Notes: generated by a model from the letters alone, not told the origin. 64,000 nucleotides of DNA from Hemiscyllium ocellatum (GCF_020745735.1 NC_083438.1:32610443-32674442), one strand, 5' to 3'; counted from the stretch's first letter, positions 11,392-24,690 are shown. Translations and numbers: made by a program.

Positions 11392-11526
11392 GTAAGAGAT
11401 TTGTTCCTAGTATCACGTTTAATGTCTGATTTTAAATGGTGCATTTATTGTTGACTAGTCTGGAGTCTCAGAATACTTCTGCAGTTTGTTTCACATACTG
11501 TACTAAACACATGATGTTTCCTTTAG

Positions 11527-11565
11527 AGCGAGCTCCTACACCTGGACCGAACACACCTGTACCAG
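11527..11565 (+). CDS. B7-like gene A exon 4, 13-aa Pro/Thr linker (ERAPTPGPNTPVP)
   Basis: TTTCCTTTAG acceptor, CCAG|GTAAAT donor, 39 bp, phase 1-1; conserved in B with only synonymous changes. Confidence 0.82.
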
Positions 11566-13149
11566 GTAAATCTGTTTCTAAACTACTGCATGTGTTTTCA
11601 GCTCTTACATTGGATCATGCTGGATAGACAGGGAGGAACATTGGAAGTTTTGAAATGCTGTGTGATATTTTCACAAGAATTACTTTGTGAGAGTGAGTGA
11701 TGTGAATCACTAACCTGGAACTGGTCGTTAAACTCCCTGCAATTGTTAAAAGCAAATTCCTACGGATGCTGGAATCTGAAACCAAAAGAGAAAATGTTGG
11801 AAAATCTCAACAGAAAGCTTTGACACGGGGTGAGTTAGACTTGGAACGTCAGTTCTTTTTTCTCCTTACAGATGCTGCCAGACCTGCTGAGATTTTCCAG
11901 CATTTTCTCTTTTGGTCCCTGCAATTGTTACTTCTGTTTCTCAGACTCCCCTTCCTATCCCTTTCAGATATAGAATTCTGAGAATTCCTGCTTTCTTCAA
12001 GCAGTAGTGTTTCTGGAATTGTGTAGGGAGTCTCTGTATAATATAAATCAAACTCTTCTGTTAGGGAATCTGGGATTGGGATTGATTCTGGTTATAATCA
12101 GTGGAGAGAAACATTGACTCACTTTTTGCACATCTGTTTACACGTATGACCATGTATCTCGCTAAAACCAATAACTGGAACTACCATCATAAATAATGTG
12201 TCACTGAGCGTTAACTTTTATAGACCATGGCTTGAATCCTAACATCTCGATGTTGAGGCAGAGTGACAGAGTTGGAAAGTAAAGAAGGCAAGTCCTTTGC
12301 CTGGATTCCACAACCTCACAGGACCTTCTGTCAAATTTCTGTTGGTGTATTCAGTCACATGTACATCAATGGTGGAAATTCTCATTCCCAAATAAATGCC
12401 ATCCATAGACCATGGTGACAAGAACTAAAGATGCAAGTAACCGATCAGAGCTTCATATAAATCCAGCATCACAGTGTAACCATGTGAAGATTGGGATGTA
12501 ATGTACCAGCAGGGAGGTTCGATCTGTGGATAAATCCTTTCAAATTCTGCCATGTCATTTTCAGAAATTAAATTCAGTTTAATAAATAAAAATATGGAAG
12601 TAAGATCTGAATAAACATGACCATGAAGCTGCTGAAACTGGTTCACTCATCCCAAATGGGAAGGAAACCTGTTAGCCTTAGCTGTTCTGATCTATGTGTG
12701 ACTCCAGTCCATCATAAACCTGAGTGAGTTATAACTGGACCCTGACTTGTTCAGATGCTTCAATCAAGCCACTGGATGGACTGGAAAAAAACTGAATGGA
12801 CCAGTGGCTACAACCCAAGGATCTGAATCAGGACACAACAAAGACACATACCCAGCCCAGTCAACATGGTAAAGAACCTACACTAAAGCTAGGCTGTTGG
12901 ATTTTAATTGAAGAGAGGCTGCTGCTGGTCATTGTCCAGTTCTCTCTATTGGAAAGTCTGTATCGATCACATTCTGGAGCACTGTGTAGGTAAGGAGCTG
13001 TGTGGTATGTGTATGAGTCCCTGAAGGACTAGAATTAACCAGGGATCTGTTTGTACTGGGGCTGGTTCTGAAACACTAGGTGCTGAAGGTCTCTGGTGTT
13101 AGTTTTGTTTCTGTGTCCCAGTCTGTTAATGGCTTCATTCTGTCTCTAG

Positions 13150-13247
13150 ATCCTGGACTCTCCACTGGTGCAAGAGTTGGATTGGGAATCGGGATTGTTA
13201 CTGTTTTTGTTGCAGCTGGAATTGTGGTTTACATTGTCCTCAAGTGA
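13150..13247 (+). CDS. B7-like gene A TM exon (DPGLSTGARVGLGIGIVTVFVAAGIVVYIVLK*); the exon continues to a donor at 13255
   Basis: TCTGTCTCTAG acceptor, phase-1 frame gives a ~23-aa hydrophobic helix, TGA at 13245-13247, AAG|GTGAGT donor. Confidence 0.85.
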
Positions 13248-15448
13248 CAAAGAAGGTGAGTTCTGGAATGTTGCACTATTTCCAATTTAACCCTTTGATC
13301 TTTGTATAAGATTGTGTGAAATGTTGCTGAGCTCTGTCCCTGTCCATTCCCTGAGCTGTGAGGATGCAGCATTCATTCACTTCTAGCTTGTCATCCTCTC
13401 ACTGAATAGTCCTGTGAATTGAACTTTAGCAAATATTGTCCCACTGAAAAACCAGAGAATATTTGAGGTGGTGCCACACAATAGGTTTTTGCACAAGATA
13501 AGGGTGAGTGGGATTGGGGGTAATCCAGCCTGGATTGAGGATTGGTTAAGAGGAGAAGAACAAAAATAGGCTATTGAACCCCCTGAATCTGCTTTGTTAC
13601 TCTCGATCATGGTTAGTCATCTACATCAACACAGCATTCCTCTGATCTTCCTATATCCCTTTGTCATTAGTCTCTCAAAATCTGACAATCTCGGTTTTTG
13701 AAGTTGCTTTAGTGGCAGACAGGTAGAGAATTGCAAAGATTCACCACCCTGAGTGAAGTTCCTCCTCATCTCAGTCCTAAACATCTTCCATTTTCTTATT
13801 GTTTGTCAGTGTCCCAAGGTTCCAGACTCCACAGTTAGGAGACCCAAAATCCTTCCTGCGTCTATCATCTATCACTTCTTCAGAATTCTAAGTTTCCAAA
13901 TATATCTTTTTCATTCTTCTCAGTACCAGGTAATATTGGCCCAAGCTCCTCCATCTACCCCCATATGCCAGTTCCACCATACCAGAAATCGGTCTGGTGA
14001 ACCTCTGCTGCACTTTCTCAATGGCACTTCTTTAGGTAATGGAACTACAACTGTACACACTGTTCCCGGTGTGGTCTCACCAGTGTTGTATGCAATTGAA
14101 GCAAGGCATCCTGTTTGCTTTCTAAATTTCTTGCTATGCCTGCACGTTAGCTTTCAATAAATTGTGAACAAAGCTGTTTAGGTCCCTGGATATCAACACT
14201 TTCTAACATCTCCATCATTCCTTACATAGTCTGCACCTCCATTCTTCCTATCAAAGTGATTAATGGATAGAAACGGAGTAGGAATATCTTTGTTTATTAA
14301 TGAAACTGTACAGATCTGTTGGGGAGCCTCTCTATTCACAATCTACATCAATTTGCATTCAGACTTGATGGGCTTCTTCTGTACTTTATGGTTCTATGGT
14401 TAGGGTAATATGTGCAAGTTTGCGGTTCAATTTTGGCTGGGAAGGTAAGCAGTATGGAGGGCACAGAGACTGCAAAACTGATGTAGGCCCTGGGCAATGA
14501 TGGTGGGAGATGGTGTATAGTTTTGTAAGTGTGAATGGTCAACTTTTGGAAAAATGGAAAAGTAATATTTTTACAGTGGGAGGTCAGCGCATGACATTCA
14601 AGAAGGATTTTTTACGCCAATTCCAGACAACGAGAGTCACAAATATTTGTACAAGAACTGTTATAAGGATAGCCATGCAGGTACAGACTGCTCAGTGTAA
14701 GAGCAGTGATGGAGACACTTCTGGGAATAATTATTTGGGATTGAAGGAGTAGTCATGTGGAAAAAGGTGTATTAATTGGGAAGAGTCAGCACTGACTACT
14801 TAAGGGGAAATTATGCTTAACAATTCTGGAGTTTTTTTGAGGTAAAAGAAAATGTTGCTGTGAGTAATGCTTTGATGTGGCATATGTTACATTCTAACAA
14901 CTTGTAAGAATGTGTAATGTGTACTCTGCTGATCTCACTCTTCTAGGAAATGTGGTCAAAAATACTCCAGGCATCAAAGCATCGCATGGCCTCCCTGTGA
15001 GAGGTGACCTGTTCAGATCAAGCACGGAGCCTCGTGCCAACAACACCTGAGCATCAGGATGGAGCGGCTGGGGGAACGTGGCTGTCCAACACTGATTTTT
15101 TACTGCACTGAACCTGGGTTCCATATATTCACCAGCCTCTAGTTGTAGAAATTCCTTCTCACCTCCGTTCTAAAGTGATGTCCCTTCACTCAAGGGCTGT
15201 GCCCTCAGCTCCTTGTCTCTCCTAATCATGGAAATGTCTCTGTCTCTAATTGTTCCAAATTGACACTCCAACCAAAATGAAGTACTGAACGGTGCTAGGA
15301 AACCTGTTCAGGTGAAGCACAGAGCCCTGTGCCAACAGCAACTGAGCATCAAGATGGAGCAGCTGGAGAACAAAACCACCTGGGGAACAGGATTGTCTAG
15401 CACTGTGTTTCCACTGCAAACAGCCTGGCTCAGGGAGGGAGGAATCAG

Positions 15449-15637
15449 AGCTGAAAATGTGTTGCTGGTTAAAGCACAGCAGGTCAGGCAGCATCCAAGG
15501 AACAGGAAATTCGACGTTTCGGGCCAGAGCCCTTCAGGAATTTCCTGTTCCTCGGATGCTGCCTGACCTGCTGTGCTTTAACCAGCAACACATTTTCAGC
15601 TCTGATCTCCAGCATCTGCAGACTTCACTTTTTACTA
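15449..15637. mobile_element. Small fold-back PLE-tail insertion, copy-A-specific
   Basis: ~65-bp inverted arms, 14-bp duplication GAGGGAGGAATCAG at 15435-15448 and 15638-15651; empty site in B at ~49070-49086. Confidence 0.82.
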
Positions 15638-15923
15638 GAGGGAGGAATCAGCCCAGTATTGTAGCCTTGTGGAAGGTATTTGATACAGTGCCACACAATA
15701 GATTGGAGGAAAGTTATAGGTCATGGAATAAAAGGGACTTTAGCAACTTGGTTTCAGAATTGGCTGAGGGGAAATAAAAAGGAATAATTGTTAAAATGGA
15801 TATTTCAGACTGGAGGAAGCTTTGTAGAAGTATTCCCAAGAGGCTGGTATTAGGACCCTTTAATCTTCCTGACACATTTCAAAGTTTGCACATGAGGCAT
15901 AACTTGGAAGAATTATATACTGT

Positions 15924-17576
15924 TGTGGTTCTGCTCACCAAGCTGGAAGTTTTTGCTGCAAACGTTTCGTTCCCTGGCTAGGGAACATCATCAGTGCTGT
16001 TGGAGCCTCGTGTGAAGCGCTGCTTTGATGTTTCTTCCGGTATTTATATTGGTTTGTTCTTGCCGCTTCCGGGTGTCAGTTTCAGCTGCAGTGATTTGTA
16101 TGTGGGGTCCAGGTCGATGTGTCTGTTGATGGATGTTCTTGCCGTTTCCGGGTGTCAGTTTCAGCTGTAGTGGTTTGTATATGGTGTCCAGGTCAATATG
16201 TCTGTTGATGGAGTTTGGGGATGAATGCCATGCTTCTAGGAATTCTCTGGCTGTTCTCTGTCTGGCTTGTCCTATGATAGTGGTGTTTTCCCAGTCAAGT
16301 TCATGTTGCTGGTTGTCTGAGTGTATGGCTACTAGAGATAGCTGGTCGTGTCGTTTTGTGGCTAGCTGATGTTCATGGATGCGGATTGTTAGCTGTCTTC
16401 CTGTTTGTCCTATATAGTGTTTTGTGCAGTCCTTGCATGGTATTTTGTAAACTACGTTAGTTTGGCTCATGCTGGGTATTGGGTCCTTTGTTCTAGTGAG
16501 TTGTTGTCTGAGCGTGGATGTTGGCTTGTGTGCTGTTATGAGTCCTAAGGGTCGCAGTAGTCTGGCTGTCAGTTCTGAGACGCTCCTGACGTATGGTAGA
16601 GTGGCTAGTCCTTTTGGTTGTGGCATGTCCTCGTTCCTCGGTCTATCTGTTAGGCATCTGGTGATAAAGTTGCGTGGGTATCCGTTTTTGGCGAATACCT
16701 TGTATAGATGTTCCTCTTCCTCTTTTCGCAGTTCTGGTGTACTGCAGTATGTTGTGGCCCTTTTGAATAGTATTCAAAAGGGCCACAACATACTGCAGTA
16801 CACCAGAACTGCGAAAAGAGGAAGAGGAACATCTATACAAGGTATTCGCCAAAAACGGATACCCACGCAACTTTATCACCAGATGCCTAACAGATAGACC
16901 GAGGAACGAGGACATGCCACAACCAAAAGGACTAGCCACTCTACCATACGTCAGGAGCGTCTCAGAACTGACAGCCAGACTACTGCGACCCTTAGGACTC
17001 ATAACAGCACACAAGCCAACATCCACGCTCAGACAACAACTCACTAGAACAAAGGACCCAATACCCAGCATGAGCCAAACTAACGTAGTTTACAAAATAC
17101 CATGCAAGGACTGCACAAAACACTATATAGGACAAACAGGAAGACAGCTAACAATCCGCATCCATGAACATCAGCTAGCCACAAAACGACACGACCAGCT
17201 ATCTCTAGTAGCCATACACTCAGACAACCAGCAACATGAACTTGACTGGGAAAACACCACTATCATAGGACAAGCCAGACAGAGAACAGCCAGAGAATTC
17301 CTAGAAGCATGGCATTCATCCCCAAACTCCATCAACAGACACATTGACCTGGACACCATATACAAACCACTACAGCTGAAACTGACACCCGGAAACGGCA
17401 TGAACAAACCAATATAAATACCGGAAGAAACATCAAAGCAGCGCTTCACACGAGACTCCAACAGCACTGATGATGTTCCCTAGCCAGGGAACGAAACATT
17501 TGCAGCAAAAACTTCCAGCTCGGCAAGCAGAACCACAACAACGGATACCCGAGCTACAAATCTTCAATCAGATTTT
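15924..17576. mobile_element. Head-to-head palindromic Penelope-like element (RT C-terminus plus GIY-YIG in each arm), copy-A-specific
   Basis: Mirror ORFs 15991..16626(-) and 16914..17417(+) containing VVYKIPCKDCTKHYIGQTGR; symmetry centre at 16770; TSD GAATTATATACTGT at 15910-15923 and 17577-17590; empty site in B at 49340-49353. Confidence 0.9.
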
Positions 17577-20500
17577 GAATTATATACTGTGAGGATTGTG
17601 TAGAACTACAAAAGGACTTAGACAAATTGGTGGAGTTGACAGATGGGTGGTAGACTGGGCCCAATGTAGAGGAGTATGAGATGTTGTATGTTTGATCGGA
17701 AGATCATCGAAAGATAACATAAAATAGGGTGTACAATTCTAAAAGGAGTTGCAGGAGCAACAGGTGGCCAGACAGATGAAGAGAACAAGGAGCAAGTGAG
17801 GACTGCAGATGTTGGAGATCAGTCAAAGTGTGGTGATGGAAAAACACAGCCGGTCAGGCAGCACCTGAGGAGTAGGAGAGTCGACGTTTTGATCAATGAG
17901 CTCTTCGTCACGATTCATAGGGGCATGGGGTGTCAGAAAAAATGTAATGTTGAACTTATACAAGACACTTGAATAGAGGATAACAGGAGATCTGACAGAG
18001 GGTTTCAAAATCACAAGGAGGTTTTACAGATTAGAGAGGAAGAAAATGTTCCGGTTATGAAAGGATTGAGAATCAGAGCACAGGTTTAAATTGCTTTTCA
18101 AAAGAAGCAAATGCAAACTGATTTTTAAAGGAAGTTTTCACGCGGCAAGGCTTAAGGTATGGAATGTGCTTTCCTGGCAGTGTGCTGAATAGGTTCCATT
18201 GAGGCATTCAAGAGAGTATTAGATAATTGAAACAATTTCTGCAAGGTAATGGGGAGGGGGGAGAAAACAGGAGATTGGTACTAGGTAATGATGCCCACTT
18301 GAAGAGCTGGTGCCGACACAATGGGCAGCACCTGAACCAAAACACGTCAGTGATAGTCCCAAGGTAATATGCAGGTGGTTCGGAAGATAAAGGGGACATT
18401 GGGCATTATTGGAAGAGGAAGAGGTATTAGAGGACAAAGTCTTGCTGCAAGTTACATATGGGATAGGTATGAGCAAATTAGAAAATTGTGAAGGATTGTT
18501 CCAAATCCAAAGCAGGATATCTTTGCCTCAGTATACAACAAAAGTTCCCTAGACTCAGTCCTGGGATGAATGGGTTCAACAAAGCTGAGATTATTTAATG
18601 GAAATATAATATTCTGGGGGTCTTGAAGGTAGATGCTGAGTGGCTGTTTCCCTCCTACCTGGATGTAATTCTGTATCTCAGATGGTTGTGGATGCTCTAT
18701 TGGTCAATATATTTGGGGCTGAGAGCTAGATTTTTAAGCTCTCCGCCTTTGTTTTCATATTCCCTTTGTGGTTTATGTCTGCCTATCTGTAATGTCCTTT
18801 ACTTACACAACACCATTCTTCCTCCTTTTCTATCACTCCACCACAGACACCTGTGCTTTCAGCTGTCTGGATGCTAGGGTCTGACACGTCCTCTTTTCTG
18901 AGTTTAATCGGAATCCCACTCCTGTGCTGTGATTCTCTTTATAAAAACCAAACATTGATCAAACTTAATTTCTTTTCATGTAACTTATTGTTGAGTTTAA
19001 TCGTCCTTGTGAAGCATTTCAGATGTTGTCTGTCAAAGGTGTTATTTAAGACCATAAGAACATAGAAGATAGGAGCAGAATTCGACAACTTGGCTCATCA
19101 GGTCTGCTCCACCTTGATATCATGGCTGATATGTTTTGTGACACCATTCTCCTACCTTGTCCCATTAATCCTCTATATCCTTACTAATCAAAAGCCCATC
19201 TAACTCTGACTTAAAACCTGCCCTCCACAGCTCTCAGTGGCATGTGTTTCACAGATTCACCACTCTCTGGCTAAAGAAATACCTTCTCATCTGAGTTTTA
19301 AGGATTGTCCCTTCACGGAGGCAGTGCCCCTACGGTCCTTGTCTCTCCTAATAGCGGAAAAATCTTTTTCGCATCCACATTAAGTGCAACTTGATATTCA
19401 AACCTCTTGCATTTTCAACACCCCCAACACTTAGTCTGGGCATCAGAGTATTCAGTGACTGGGAAGCCCATCTCTGGATTTCCTTGTTTCACTCAATATC
19501 CACATCTCTCTGCTCACCAACACCGAATATACATCCCTCACAGTGGGAAGAAGAACTATTGCAGGGTTCTCTCACTCGCTCTGTCCTCTGGCCCTCCCTC
19601 TATCAGACAGCACAGCTCTTGTGGAGTGTCTAGCTCTTTGCCCATTGCCTCCTGTATAACCCTCCTCTCATCTACACTATCCTCTATCACTATGCAGCTC
19701 CTGTCGACCATGTTCCAGCTGTCATTGGTCCACAAGATGTTGTGTCCTTCAATACGGCTGTGCTCCTAAATAGCTCCTTTTACAAGTGACCAAAATGTTA
19801 GACTGTAATATGCACTCTGGTTTTTCTCTCCTAAACACTCCAGCAACCGAAATGAAACATTGCATGGTATCACTTTGAGGGGTGATTTGCACAGGTGAAG
19901 CGTGGAAGCTTACGACAACAGCACTTGAGCATCAGGATGGAACAGCTGGAGAACAAAACCTTCTGGGGAATGGGGCTGTCCAGCACTGACTGAGTTTTCA
20001 CTGCACTGAGCCTGGCTCAGGGAGGGGGGGAATCAGTCTAGTGTTGTGGTGATTGAGTGATTCCTGGTGGAAAGTTTATGTGGGTGATGCTGCCAGGACC
20101 CCATTTGTTGTCCATCTCTAAATGACCCACTGCAGTCCTTGTAGTGATGGTGGCCCTGTGCAGCATCATTCAGTGAGTTTCATTTGGAGGATGGGGGTGA
20201 AGGTTGTGGGAGGGGGGCCCTCACTGGATGAATTTAACACTTCAATAATGGCCTCTGCCCACCCACCCCCCCCACAAACATTGTCTTCTGCTCAGTTCAA
20301 CTGCTGCAGGCTGATGAGAATCCGTGACCATGTTGAACTGGCCTCAGGAAGTAAGTTAACCATGGAATAATTCGTGGATAATTGCACTGTGTTGGATCCT
20401 AGCTCCATGGAAACATTAATGATACAAAGCACATTTGATCACAAGCCCATCAAAAAAATTGTCTGTGTAGGAAATGCAGTGAGTCTGACATGACTCATTA

Positions 20501-23039
20501 GAGCGAAAAGGAGCTGGAAAATGGTGGTTTGTATGCTGTTGAGAGAGGGGTAGGGGAGAGGAGCGAATGGAACAGATAGTGAGGGTGCTCAGAGCTAAAA
20601 CAAGGAGCATATTAATGGTGGTGAAGGAGGGGTCATCATTACACTCATAGTTCTGGATTTGTGGTGCTACAAGAGCACAGCAGTTCAGGCAGCATCCAAG
20701 GAGCAGCGAAATCGACATTTCGGGCAAAAGCCCTTCATCAGGAATAAAGGCAGAGAGCCTGAAGCGTGGAGAGATAAGCTCGAGGAGGATGTAGGTGGGG
20801 AGAAAGTAGGAAAAGGAGATAGGCAGGTAGGACAAGTCATGGGAACAGTGCTGAGCTCGTAGTTTGGAACTAGGGTGAGGTGGGGGAGGGGGAAATGAGG
20901 AAACTGTTGAAGTCCACATTGATGCCCTGGGGTTGAAGTGTTCCGAGGCAGAAGATGAGGCGTTCTTTCTCCAGGCGTCTGGTGATGAGGAATCCACCAT
21001 CTGCCATGGTGAGACTTGATCTTCGGTATCCAGAATATTATCTGGGTCTTTGGAGTAATATTCTAGCACTTATACCACTAGAACATCACCTCCTCTGTTA
21101 TTGTTGTTACAAACAAAATGGAGGACAGAGGTCATGCTCTGAAGTTGTTGAAGTCTGTGTTGGGCCCCAAAGACTGTAAAGTATCTTCAAAGTTATGATG
21201 AGTGTGGAAATATCAGACAGAGAAAATATTCCTGCTAACTAAAGTACTGGGAACCAGAGGGCACAGTTTTTAAGTGTTTTGTGAAAGAAGCAAATGTGAG
21301 GAGTGGGGGGGAAGAAAACCTCTTTCATCCAGCAAGTGGTTAGGATTTGGAATGTACTGCCTGCAAGTGTAGTGGAGGCAGATTCAATGAAGGCATTCAA
21401 GAGGACATTGGGTGATTATTTAAATAGAAACATGCAGGTTATGGAAAAAAGCTTGGCACTAAGCCTAAATGTTTAGAGAATTGATGCAAACGCAAACTGA
21501 ATGGCTTTCTCTTACACCATTAACATTCTACTATTCTATGATTATCCATCTGAATGCCAATATGGATTCTTGGGATGGACACTTGAAGCACAAGAGATGG
21601 ACTGGAAACTGTATAAAACTCCTCACAAAATGTACATTGTAAATACCAAGAGCAATTGCATTGATACACCCAGGGAGAAACATGCCATGTGAACAGAAAC
21701 TGAACCATACTCCAATTTCTATCACACCCTAAGTTGAACTGTTACGGAATATAATTTTACAAGAAAGTACATGTTTAGGAAAAAATGAATCCAGTCAGAT
21801 TCTTTGCCTTCAACAGTTTGTGAGAATGCTCTGAAGGTGTTCCTGGGGTATTTAACATGCAAAAAAGCACTTCCAACAATGCCATATTTCCCCAGATACC
21901 TCCAAGGAGCATCAGTCTAGATTGTATGTTCATGGCCTGGGGTTTGTATTTGAACATATAACCGCTCTGTCCCAGAGGGAGAAACTGAGGGCTGCAGATG
22001 ATGGAGATCAGAGTCATTTTTCCAGCACCACACTGTTCTGTCCCACAGGTCAGAGTTCATGCTTTTTGACTTGTCTGCTGAGGCACATTTGATACCATGC
22101 TCATCACTGAACCATAATGTTCCAGGTTCTGCACCTAAACACAGAAATCTTGGCTGACACTACAATGCAGGGAGTGTTGAACTGTTGTTTGGAGAAGGTA
22201 ACAAACCATCGGTCTGCTCAGGTGGATGAAAAAGACTGTGGCAATTTTACAAAAAGTGGAGGTAATCTCCCTACAGTCCTGTCCAATATTTTTACTCATT
22301 CCGCAGCACAACAAAGCATGATTTTTAAATCATTATCATGTTTATGCGATCTTACTGATTCCAAATTAGCTGCATAGTATCACACATTACAACATTGACT
22401 ACACTTCACAAATTACCTCATAAGATGGAAAAATTTTGAGAAGTCCGGCAATCTTCAAAAATGATATATGCATGCAAGGCTTTCTTTTCATCCCTGTAAC
22501 AACAGTAAATCATTGGTGCAGTTCCCAACAAAATCAAACTTTTCTTACATTATCAAAGGATAGTGATAACAATAAAATCTGTAAGAGAGAGAGAGAGAGA
22601 GACTACACGGACATTGTCTTATGGTATTCCTAGATTTTTGTACCAACAAGAACATTTATAAATTATTAAAGTTAGCAAATCACAGTTTGTTAGTCCTGCG
22701 GTCTGTGCTTCATAAGTACAATAATACAGAAATCACCAAAGGTACAGAAGACCAAACACCAACATTGTGAAACTGTATAACATGGAAGTCAGGGTTAGAT
22801 GCCTTTGAATACATTCTTATGTAAAACTCTACATGACAGAACCTTCTGTATACGACCCCCAGAAGATAATACCCCCAGGTACATCACTTCTTAATTAAAA
22901 AAAACTCCCAGCAGGTAATACCTTCCAATATATCAGCCCCACAGTGCATAATTGCCAAAACATAACACCATAGTACAACTTTCTCTCAGTATAGGTGCCT
23001 CAGAAGATAATATCTCTAGTACATAGGCTTAATGTAGGA

Positions 23040-24690
23040 CCCAGAAGAAAGTGAGGACCACAGATGCTGGAGATCGGAGTCGATAGTGGGGAGTTGGGGA
23101 AAAAAAGCAGGTCAGGCAGCATCTGAGGAGCAGGAAGTTCAATGTTTCGGGCATAAGCCCTTCATCAGGAATGAGGCTTGTAGGCCGGGGGTTTGAGGGA
23201 TAAATGTGAGGGGGTGGGGCTGGGGGGCAAGGTAGCTGAGAATGCAATAGGTAGATGAAGGTGGAGGAGAAGATGATAAGTTGGAGAGGAAAGTGGAGTG
23301 GACAGACGAGAAAGATGATGGACAGGTCAAGAGGGCATTGCAAAGTTGGAGGCTTGGGACTGGGAAAAGATGGGGGGAGGGGAAATGAGGAAACTAGTGA
23401 AATCCACACTAATCCCATGTGGTTGCAGGGTCCCAAGGCAGAAGATGAGGTGTTCTTCCACCATGACTTAGGTGGTTAGGATTTGGTGATGGAGGAGGCC
23501 CAGGACCTGCATGTCCTTGACAGAGTGGGATGGGGAGTTGAAATGTTCAGCCACGGGGCAGTGAGGTTGGTTGGTGGGGGTCTCCCAGAGATGTTCTCCG
23601 AAATGATCCTCAAGTTGGCGTCCTGTCTCCCTGATTTAGAGGAGACCACGTCAGGTGCAATGGATTCAGTAGGTGACATTTGTGGAGGTACAGGTAAATT
23701 CTATCGGATGTGGAAAGATCCTTTGGGGTGTTGGATGGAGGTGGGGAGAGGTGTGGGCACAGGTTTTGCACTTCCTGCGGTGGAAGGGAAAGGTGCCGGG
23801 AATGAGTTGAGGGCTGGTGGAGGGTGTGGATCTGACAAGGAAATCACGGAGGGAATAGTCTCTCTGGAACGCTTATAGGGGTGGGGAGGGAAATATATTC
23901 CTTATGGTGGGGTCTGTTTGTAGGTAGTGGAAGTGGCGAAGGATGATGCAATGTTCTCAAGATGACCAATTCGACCAAAGAAAATGGTAGAATGCCTCCT
24001 TCAAAGACCACAATTTCCCCTCCCACATGATCAATGATGCCCTCCAGTGCGTCTCCTCCACTTCCTGCACTTCCACTCTTGAACACCACCCATCCCAACA
24101 CAACTAGGACAGAACCCTTCAGGTCCTCACCTTCCACCCCACCATCCTCCGTAAACATCACATCACCCTCTGCCATTTCCACCACCTCCACCGCTCCACC
24201 ACTATCCCTGGGACACCCGCACTAACCAACCTCACCGCCCAGTGGCTGAACATTTCAACTCCCCCCTCACTCCACCAAGGACATGCCGGTCCTGGGCCTC
24301 CTCCATCGCCAAACCCTAAATACCCGACGCCTGGAGGAAGAATGCCTCATATTCCGCCTTGAGACCCTGCAACCACATGGGATTAATGTGGATTTCACTA
24401 GTTTCCTCATTTCACCTCCCCCGCCTTATCCCAGTCCCAAGCCTCCAACTCGGTACCGCCCTCTTGACCTGTCTGTACATCACCCTTTTATCTATCAGCT
24501 CCACCCTCCTCTCAGTTCTCTCACCTTCTCCCCCACCTTCACCTACCTATTGCCTTCCCAGCTAACTTCCCCCCCCCCCCCTCCCATTTATCTCTCCACC
24601 TCCCTGGCCCACAAGCCTCATTCCTGATGAAGGGCTTATGCCCGAAATGTCAATTGTCCTGCTTCTTGGATGCTACCTGGCCTGCTATCC
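23040..24690. mobile_element. Inverted (head-to-head) PLE fragments; copy B equivalent starts ~63085
   Basis: 23400-23480 is the reverse complement of 24320-24410; peptide RRLEEECLIFRLETLQPHGINVDF matches the GIY-YIG C-terminus of 58077..58706; tails with CTGATGA...GAAA at both outer ends. Confidence 0.8.

Larger units (their letters stand above)
290..24190 (+). repeat. Segmental duplication, copy A
   Basis: Collinear near-identity with 33481-64000 at many anchors (291/33482, 1250/34427, 11047/44242, 13261/46921, 23029/63079), interrupted by copy-specific insertions and deletions. Confidence 0.93.

Noticed and set aside
16469-17071. Identical 142-aa ORFs on both strands
   Set aside because: A by-product of reading across the palindrome centre; antisense to the PLE ORF.
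20416-21069. 217-aa minus-strand ORF and similar ORFs in purine/pyrimidine-rich PLE UTRs
   Set aside because: They span PLE tail sequence and unrelated flanks, and have low complexity with no domain signature.
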